Below are positions 57,659 to 64,000 of a stretch of DNA of 64,000 nucleotides, piece after piece. The DNA is from Thermoanaerobaculia bacterium (GTDB lineage: Bacteria; Acidobacteriota; Thermoanaerobaculia; Multivoradales; Multivoraceae), in the NCBI GenBank assembly GCA_963664405.1, contig OY761158.1, forward strand, positions 2,080,001 to 2,144,000, written 5' to 3'. The position numbers and the translations under genes were made by a program. Below the pieces are notes generated by a model. The model worked only from the letters and a program-made list of their open reading frames with translations, was not told where the DNA came from and did not search any database. Each line of letters begins with the position of its first letter. The stretch's first letter is position 1.

Positions 57659-58531
57659 TTGCTCACGGCGATCAAATACCGTTTCGACGCCTTGTCAAAA
57701 CACAGTCAAGCTGTTCCCGGCCCGGACAGCAATCCCCGCCTTGCCCGCAAGGCTCGGGAGCAGCTCCGCCGGCAGCAGGACATCCTGTCTGTGGCACGGG
57801 ATGTTTTGCAGCAAGAAGGCGTCGCCGGTTTCTCGATGGAGCGCATCGCAGAGGAGGCTGGCTATTCGCGCACCGCCGTCTACCACTACTTCCCGTCGAA
57901 GGAAGATGTGATCATGGCTCTGGCGATCGAGACCACGGAGCTGCGCCTCCAGCTGCAGGATCGGGTCAGGCACTTCGATGCCCGACCCCGCGAGCGCATG
58001 GTCGCCCTCGGCGAGGTGACGGCGGTCCTCTACCCGGTGCATGTCGTCGCCGAGGTCATCGCCTACGCCAACGCCGTGCGCATCAAAACCTCCGACGAGC
58101 TGCAGCAGCACCTCCGCAACCTCGACCAGCAGGAGGACGCGGTCGCCGCGGAAGTAATCGCAGAGGCTGTCCAATGCGGAGATCTCAGCCTACCGCAAGG
58201 TATACGGTTGCACGAGCTCCGCTACGCTCTCGACACCTTTGGTCGTGGCATTTTCAGCTCCATCGCCACCGCCACGCCGTTCGAAGAGCTCGACATCCCC
58301 GACCCCCGAGTTCTGCTGCGCAAAGTCGGAGTCCACTTTCTCGACGGTCTGCAATGGCAACCCCTGAGCACCGAATGGGACTACAGCAGAACCATGAGGC
58401 GGATCTACAGCGAGGTGTTTCCGCCGGCCTTCCTCTTCTCTCTTGGTCTGGCATCGGACCAACCTCGGGTCCGTAAGAGCTCGGCTCGCGGCGCCGTTCC
58501 CGCCGAGGAAACCGCCGACACGAGCTCTTGA
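57659..58531 (+). CDS. TetR/AcrR family transcriptional regulator
   Basis: FSMERIAEEAGYSRTAVYHYFPSKEDVI HTH. Start uncertain. Confidence 0.9.
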   Translation: MLTAIKYRFDALSKHSQAVPGPDSNPRLARKAREQLRRQQDILSVARDVLQQEGVAGFSMERIAEEAGYSRTAVYHYFPSKEDVIMALAIETTELRLQLQDRVRHFDARPRERMVALGEVTAVLYPVHVVAEVIAYANAVRIKTSDELQQHLRNLDQQEDAVAAEVIAEAVQCGDLSLPQGIRLHELRYALDTFGRGIFSSIATATPFEELDIPDPRVLLRKVGVHFLDGLQWQPLSTEWDYSRTMRRIYSEVFPPAFLFSLGLASDQPRVRKSSARGAVPAEETADTSS

Positions 58532-58556
58532 AGCGCGGCGGCGCTCTGCCGCTATC

Positions 58557-61256
58557 ATGGTAATAACCGCTGGAGACTTCGGTTTGTCTATTCTCGAGAT
58601 CAGGAGCTTGGGCCTGACCGCCCTTCTCGGAGCGTCCCTCGGTTGCGGACCCACGCCGACAACGGGACCGGCTGCATCCGACGACTACCTGTCTCCTCAG
58701 CTGCGCGAGCGGGTCGAAGAGGTCAAACGAGAGCGCGCCGAGGAGCCCACCAGCCCCGACAATATCTACGAGCGGGTGGATGTGCTGTGGGATTGGGCCA
58801 ATGCCTACGCAATGACCGGCGGGCCACTCCCGGTCAATTTCGCTCTCGACATCGCGGTGATGCGGTGGGCCGAGGCCGACGGTTCCGCCGCCGACGTACG
58901 TCTGGTCAACGACGTGGAACTGGCCACCGTCAATGACTACGTGCCCTACATCGACAGCTACCTGCGCGAGCTCCAGATCAAGGACGAGCAACCGGGCGCT
59001 ATCGGCACCCTCCACTTCGTCTCCGACGAGCCGCTGACGGTGGATACCTACACCACTGTGGAGATGGTCTATACCGTCGGTACCATGCCGATGGCGGTGG
59101 GCGGCGGGGCGATAGCTGGGCGCCAATGGCTGGCCGATGTCAACGACTATCAGAACACCGATCCCACCGCGCCCAACTATGTGACCGCGCGGGTGTCACG
59201 GTCCGAAGCCCGCATCGATGCGGTCATGGTCCCCCTGGTCGGACCGCACGGCTCGCAGCGCTTCCCCAAGCCGACCCCTGCCTTCCTCCTCGAGGGGGCG
59301 GCTCTCCAGCCCGGCGACACTCTCACCGTGACCTACGGCGATCGCTCGGGAGGCTCGCCAGGGATACGAGTGCAAGGCTTCACCACCGATGCCCTCCTCT
59401 TCCCGCTCTATCTCGACCTGGAAGGGAAAGACCACTGGCTGACGCCGGTGTGGCCACCGCTGGAGGTGGTCGGCGCAGAAGTCGCCGGCGTGCGCGTTCT
59501 GGCGCCGTCGGTGGTCGCCGCTGGAGAACCTTTCGATCTCACGGTGCGAAGCGAGGACGCAGCAACGAATCGCGCGACCGGCTCCATCCCGACCTACGAA
59601 GTACTTCTGGACGCCAAGGTCGTTGCCGAGGTCGAAGCCTCCGAGGATGCCCTGGTGCTGGTCGACGAGCTCACAATCGAAGAACCAGGGACCTACCGCT
59701 TCGTGGTGCGCTCCAAGGGCGGGGACCTCGACGCCGTTGCCATCAGCAACCCGGTGTGGGTCGAGGCAAACCCCGAGCGGCTGGTGCTCTGGGGTGAGAC
59801 CCACGGCCACACCGATTTCGCCGAAGGGCAAGGAACGCCCCAGGCCTACTTTCGCTACGGCGTCGAGGACTCACGCCTCGACTTCTTCACTCTCTCCGAG
59901 CACGACTTCTGGCTCGACGACTACGAGTGGACCGTGCTCCAGGAGCTCAGTCGAACCACCACCGCGGAGGGCCGAGCGATCGCTTTCCTCGGCTACGAGT
60001 GGACTCCGACGAGAAAGCGCGGCGGCCACCACAACGTGCTCTTTCGCACCCCCGACAACCGAGAGCGCGTGCCGGTCCAGGAGGCCCATCGCCTGCCTCT
60101 CCTCTGGCAGGGACTGCGGGCCGCAAACGAGGAAGAAGACCTGCTGATCATCCCCCACGCTCACTCCGCCGGCGACTGGACCCAGAGCGACGGCGGGCTC
60201 GAACGAGTGGTCGAGATCCACTCGGTGCACGGAAGCTTCGAGTGGTACGGCAACATGTTCCTGCGCAATGGCTTCGAGGTCGGATTTCTCGCCGCTTCGG
60301 ACGATCATCGAGCGAAGCCGGGAGCGCCAAGGGGACTCACCCAGTCCTCCCTCATCGGCCGACCAGGTCTCGCCGCTGTAAGAGCGCCGGAGAAGAGCCC
60401 CGACGCGGTCTTCGACTCGCTCCGCAGTCGCTCGGTCTACGCGACCTCCGGACAACGTATCCTCCTCGACGCCACCTTGAACGGCCACGAGATGGGAACC
60501 CGCCAGCCGATGGCGGACGAGCGCCAGATTCTGTGCCGTGTGTCGGGGACCTCGCCGATCGATCACATCGATGTGGTCAAGAACAGCGAAGTGGTCTTCT
60601 CTCGCAGCTACCTGTCAACGCCGCTCTCCTCTCGCTCCTGGCTCCAGGTCGGATTCGAATCTTCATCCGAAGTCTTCACTCTCGACTCTGTCGACAACCC
60701 GAGGCCCTACCGGATCTGGCAGGGCACCTTGCGCATCTCGGGCGCAACCGCGATCGGCTTCGAGGCCATCGGTTTCGACACCCCGGCCCTGGACACGATC
60801 GAAGAGGTAGAGCCTGGCCTCTACCTCTTCCGCATCTACACTCGCGGCCGGCGGGAGACAGTGCTCTTCGAGCTCGAAGGAGCCACCTCGTCGACCACCC
60901 TCGACTTCGAGCTCGAGCCCACTCGCGAGTACGGTCTGGGCCAGGGCCACGAGCGCCTCGCCCTCGACATTCCAGGCACCGAAGTCCGCCTGAGCCTTGC
61001 CGATCTCGAGAACGATCGCCTCGAGCGCGAGGTTCCGTTCTTGGAGCACACCGATCGGCTGAGTCTCCAGGTGGTGCAGCCGAATAGCCCCCTGGACCAG
61101 GAGTTCGAGTACTCCGATATGGAGCCAACGTCGCCGGGCGACTACTACTATGTCCGGGTGACTCAGCTCGATGGTGGTCGTGCATGGTCCAGCCCCTTCT
61201 GGGTAGGCTCGAAACCACAGCCATCATCGGCCGCTGCGGCAGGGGGAGGCTTCTAG
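58557..61256 (+). CDS. Long DUF3604/CehA-McbA-like PHP metallohydrolase lipoprotein (paralog of 46796)
   Basis: SLGC lipobox-like, WGETHGHT, SEHD, GYEWT, IPHAH, ASDDH, AWSSPFW. Collinear with 46796. Start uncertain. Confidence 0.8.
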   Translation: MVITAGDFGLSILEIRSLGLTALLGASLGCGPTPTTGPAASDDYLSPQLRERVEEVKRERAEEPTSPDNIYERVDVLWDWANAYAMTGGPLPVNFALDIAVMRWAEADGSAADVRLVNDVELATVNDYVPYIDSYLRELQIKDEQPGAIGTLHFVSDEPLTVDTYTTVEMVYTVGTMPMAVGGGAIAGRQWLADVNDYQNTDPTAPNYVTARVSRSEARIDAVMVPLVGPHGSQRFPKPTPAFLLEGAALQPGDTLTVTYGDRSGGSPGIRVQGFTTDALLFPLYLDLEGKDHWLTPVWPPLEVVGAEVAGVRVLAPSVVAAGEPFDLTVRSEDAATNRATGSIPTYEVLLDAKVVAEVEASEDALVLVDELTIEEPGTYRFVVRSKGGDLDAVAISNPVWVEANPERLVLWGETHGHTDFAEGQGTPQAYFRYGVEDSRLDFFTLSEHDFWLDDYEWTVLQELSRTTTAEGRAIAFLGYEWTPTRKRGGHHNVLFRTPDNRERVPVQEAHRLPLLWQGLRAANEEEDLLIIPHAHSAGDWTQSDGGLERVVEIHSVHGSFEWYGNMFLRNGFEVGFLAASDDHRAKPGAPRGLTQSSLIGRPGLAAVRAPEKSPDAVFDSLRSRSVYATSGQRILLDATLNGHEMGTRQPMADERQILCRVSGTSPIDHIDVVKNSEVVFSRSYLSTPLSSRSWLQVGFESSSEVFTLDSVDNPRPYRIWQGTLRISGATAIGFEAIGFDTPALDTIEEVEPGLYLFRIYTRGRRETVLFELEGATSSTTLDFELEPTREYGLGQGHERLALDIPGTEVRLSLADLENDRLEREVPFLEHTDRLSLQVVQPNSPLDQEFEYSDMEPTSPGDYYYVRVTQLDGGRAWSSPFWVGSKPQPSSAAAAGGGF

Positions 61257-61735
61257 TGAAGACAATCCGATTCGACGATATCGACACCCTCCGCCAGCAG
61301 GTGTCGAACGAATTCGGACCCTGGAGTGAGCCGATCGACGTGAGCCAGGAACTGATCGACGGGTTCGCCGCTCTCACCGGCGACGACGAGTGGATTCACG
61401 TCGACGTCGAGCGTGCGCGGCGCGAGAGCCCCTTCGGCGGACCGATCGCGCACGGCCTCTTGACTCTGAGTCTGTTCTCGAAACTTCCGGGCGACGGCTC
61501 TTTCGAAATCGTCGGCCATGGCAACCCGGCGAACTATGGGCTCGATCGCGTCCGCTTTCTCAGCCCGGTACCGGCCGGCGCGCAGCTTCACGCCCGCGCG
61601 CGCGTCGCCGAGGTCGAGGCAAAGCCCACAGGCACCCTTCTCGCCAGGGAAATCGAAGTGGGAGTCGTCGGAAGCGAGCGGCCGGCCATGATCTGCCGCC
61701 CCCTGACGCTTTTCCAGAAGGCTGTCGAGGCCTAG
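61256..61735 (+). CDS. MaoC family dehydratase (single hotdog)
   Basis: FAALTGDDEWIHVD, PIAHGLLTLS, NYGLDRVRFLSPV. GTG overlaps the upstream TAG. Confidence 0.88.
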   Translation: MKTIRFDDIDTLRQQVSNEFGPWSEPIDVSQELIDGFAALTGDDEWIHVDVERARRESPFGGPIAHGLLTLSLFSKLPGDGSFEIVGHGNPANYGLDRVRFLSPVPAGAQLHARARVAEVEAKPTGTLLAREIEVGVVGSERPAMICRPLTLFQKAVEA

Positions 61736-61747
61736 AGCATTAGCGTC

Positions 61748-62938
61748 ATGTCTGCACTCGAAGGTCTCGTGGTCCTCGACTTCTGCCACGATCGCCCGGG
61801 CTCCTACACCACGATGTTCCTGAGCGACTTCGGGGCCGAGGTGATCAGCGTCGATGCCCCGCCAGGGGTGGTCGAAGACATCGACAATCTCGAGGCCGGT
61901 GGCGGCGTCAGCCCAGAGTTGCTCGCGGCCCACTCGATCGTCGAACGCAACAAGAAGAGCATCCAGGTCAACCTGAAGACCGCAGAGGGGCAGGAGGTCG
62001 TTCAGCGCCTGGCGAAGAAGGCGGACGTCTTGGTGGAAGGCTTCAGCCCCGGCGTCATGGCCCGCCTGAAGGTGGATTGGCCCACCCTGCAAAAGATCAA
62101 TCCACGGCTGATCTACTGCTCGCTGAGTGGCTTCGGCGCCGACGGGCCCTACGCCGACCTGCCCGGCCACGACTGGAACTACACCGGCATCGGGGGAGCG
62201 TTGAGCCTGATCGGGGCACGCGACGGCCCTCCCTACCTTCCGGCCAGCTTCATCGCCGACATGGCGGGGGCGGGGCTGCACGGGGTCATCGGCATTCTTC
62301 TCGCGGTCGCCGCCAGAGAGCGAACGGGACTCGGACAGTTCGTCGACGTGACCTATCTGGACGGTGTGATCTCGCTCCTCGCCGCCGAGTCTTCGAGCTA
62401 CTTCCTCACCGGCAAGGTACCTCGCCGCGGCCGGACCAATCACACCGGCGGCGCGCCCTGGGCCAACGTCTACCGATGCCAGGACGGCGAGTACCTCACA
62501 GTGGGCTGCGCCGAGACCCACTTCTGGGTCAATCTATGCACGGCCATCGACCGTGAAGATCTCATTGCCCGCAAGGACCCCCCGCCAGAGGAGCTTGACG
62601 AGGTGGTGGCGGAGCTGGCGAAGGTCTTTGTGACCCGGACCCGCGACGACTGGGTCGACTTCTTCCGCGACAAGCGGGTCTGCGTCGGTCCGGTCAACAA
62701 CATCGACGAGACCTTCGCGGATCCTCATGTAAAACATCGCAATATGGTGATCGAGATCGACCACCCAGAGCTCGGTACAGTGCGGCAGGCGGGTATACCC
62801 ATCAAGCTGTCGGCGACTCCTGGCGAGGTTCGTAGCGTCGGTACTCCCAGTGGCACCGAGAGCGACCAGGTGCTTCGCGAGCTCGGATACAGCGACCAAG
62901 AGATCGAGAAGCTGCGCAGCGCTCATGCGGTCGGCTAG
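61748..62938 (+). CDS. CaiB/BaiF class III CoA-transferase (alpha-methylacyl-CoA racemase-like)
   Basis: DFGAEVI, RNKKSI, ADVLVEGFSPG, GHDWNY, IADMAG, TGLGQFVD. Confidence 0.9.
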   Translation: MSALEGLVVLDFCHDRPGSYTTMFLSDFGAEVISVDAPPGVVEDIDNLEAGGGVSPELLAAHSIVERNKKSIQVNLKTAEGQEVVQRLAKKADVLVEGFSPGVMARLKVDWPTLQKINPRLIYCSLSGFGADGPYADLPGHDWNYTGIGGALSLIGARDGPPYLPASFIADMAGAGLHGVIGILLAVAARERTGLGQFVDVTYLDGVISLLAAESSSYFLTGKVPRRGRTNHTGGAPWANVYRCQDGEYLTVGCAETHFWVNLCTAIDREDLIARKDPPPEELDEVVAELAKVFVTRTRDDWVDFFRDKRVCVGPVNNIDETFADPHVKHRNMVIEIDHPELGTVRQAGIPIKLSATPGEVRSVGTPSGTESDQVLRELGYSDQEIEKLRSAHAVG

Positions 62939-62968
62939 AAGAGTGAACGCACTGTCGGAGGGTTGAAG

Positions 62969-64000
62969 ATGAGATTGCCAAAGAACCGATCCGTTGCCGC
63001 GCCACTCCTGGTCGCGCTTGCCGCGTGCTCTCCCGCTCCGGCGCCGGACCCCGAGCCGCCCGAGCAAGCACCACCGCTAAACGTGGTGCTGATCATCGCC
63101 GACGATCTCGGCTACGGAGATGTCTGCGCCTACAGCTGTGAAGGAGGCCTGACACCGAACCTCGACGCCCTGGCCGCCGGCGGTGCCCGCTTCGACAGGG
63201 GCTATGTCGCGGCCCCGGTGTGCAGTCCCTCTCGCGCCGCGCTGCTCACCGGGCGCTATCAGCAACGCTTCGGTCACGAGTTCACCGTCGGGCCGCTGGC
63301 AAGAGCCGAAGAAGACGGACTCGGCACTCCCACCACCGAGATCCTGCTCCCTCGCGTGTTACAACAGAACGGCTACACGACAGGAATGGTCGGGAAGTGG
63401 CACTTGGGCTCGAACCCCGAGTTCCTGCCGCAGGCACGCGGCTTCGACGAGTTCTTCGGCTTTCTCCACGGCTCCAACCTCTACACCCCGACCCTGGAAG
63501 GCCCGGGAATGCACTTCATCGATGCCGATCCGAGCCCGCCGCGCACCAGCAGGCGAGAGAGCGATGCGATCTTCCGCGGGACGGAAGTGGTCGAGGAGCC
63601 GGAGTACCTCACCGATGCCTTCACTCGAGAGGCCATCGATTTCCTTGCCCGACGCGGCCAGGATCCGTTCTTTCTCTATGTCGCCTACAACGCGCCGCAC
63701 ACGCCGCTTCAGGCCACCGACCGCTACTACGATCGCTTCCCCCACATCGAGGACGAAGCCAGCCGCATCTTCGCCGCGATGGTCAACGGGGTCGACGAAG
63801 GGATCGGGGAGATCCGCTCCACTCTCCGCGAGATCGGAGTCGACGATCGCACCCTGATCATCTTTCTCTCCGACAACGGCTGTGCCAAATACACGGCGGC
63901 CTGCTCCAACGGACCGTTTCAGGGCGGCAAGCTCATCCACTTCGAGGGCGGCGTCCGTGTGCCCTTCATTCTCAACTGGCCCGCCGCCATCCGCCCCGGT
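62969..64000 (+). CDS. Cys-type sulfatase lipoprotein, runs off the window end (paralog of 15443-16951)
   Basis: Translated by hand: LAAC lipobox, ADDLGYGDVCAYSCEGG, CSPSRAALLTGRYQQRFGHEF, GKWHLG, SDNG, EGGVRVP. Confidence 0.9.
   Translation, partial: MRLPKNRSVAAPLLVALAACSPAPAPDPEPPEQAPPLNVVLIIADDLGYGDVCAYSCEGGLTPNLDALAAGGARFDRGYVAAPVCSPSRAALLTGRYQQRFGHEFTVGPLARAEEDGLGTPTTEILLPRVLQQNGYTTGMVGKWHLGSNPEFLPQARGFDEFFGFLHGSNLYTPTLEGPGMHFIDADPSPPRTSRRESDAIFRGTEVVEEPEYLTDAFTREAIDFLARRGQDPFFLYVAYNAPHTPLQATDRYYDRFPHIEDEASRIFAAMVNGVDEGIGEIRSTLREIGVDDRTLIIFLSDNGCAKYTAACSNGPFQGGKLIHFEGGVRVPFILNWPAAIRPG

Noticed and set aside
129-64000. Frequent CTAG near gene boundaries as IS footprints
   Set aside because: Most are explained by TAG stop codons. 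Enrichment cannot be shown without counting.

Overview
This is a GC-rich bacterial accessory/catabolic region. The gene content suggests Acidobacteriota or a similar lineage (inference only): a TonB receptor with a carboxypeptidase-regulatory-like N-terminus, an IPTL-CTERM surface protein, an ECF sigma with a TPR Ser/Thr kinase, and PQQ-like propellers. I found no rRNA, tRNA or CRISPR. The window holds four acyl-CoA ligases (one frameshifted), three MaoC hydratases, an enoyl-CoA hydratase and a class III CoA-transferase. It also holds four Cys-type sulfatases plus a sulfatase remnant, four DUF3604/PHP-like metallohydrolases, a PpiC + HupE/UreJ pair, a sialidase, lactonase/paraoxonase-like propellers, esterases, a deiodinase-like protein, ABC and SSS transporters, a RelBE-type TA pair and several gene remnants. 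Four signals stand out. (1) A 1944-bp nested IS30/IS3 chimera appears to move as one unit: it splits the kinase gene with a GAC duplication, and its composite end recurs inverted at 1-128. (2) A dispersed two-hairpin intergenic repeat occurs in three full copies and one partial copy, with a compensatory base change and a perfect 38-bp palindrome. (3) Secreted sulfatases and DUF3604 hydrolases are repeatedly coupled to acyl-CoA enzymes. (4) The kinase-associated ECF sigma lacks the usual phospho-acceptor Thr.
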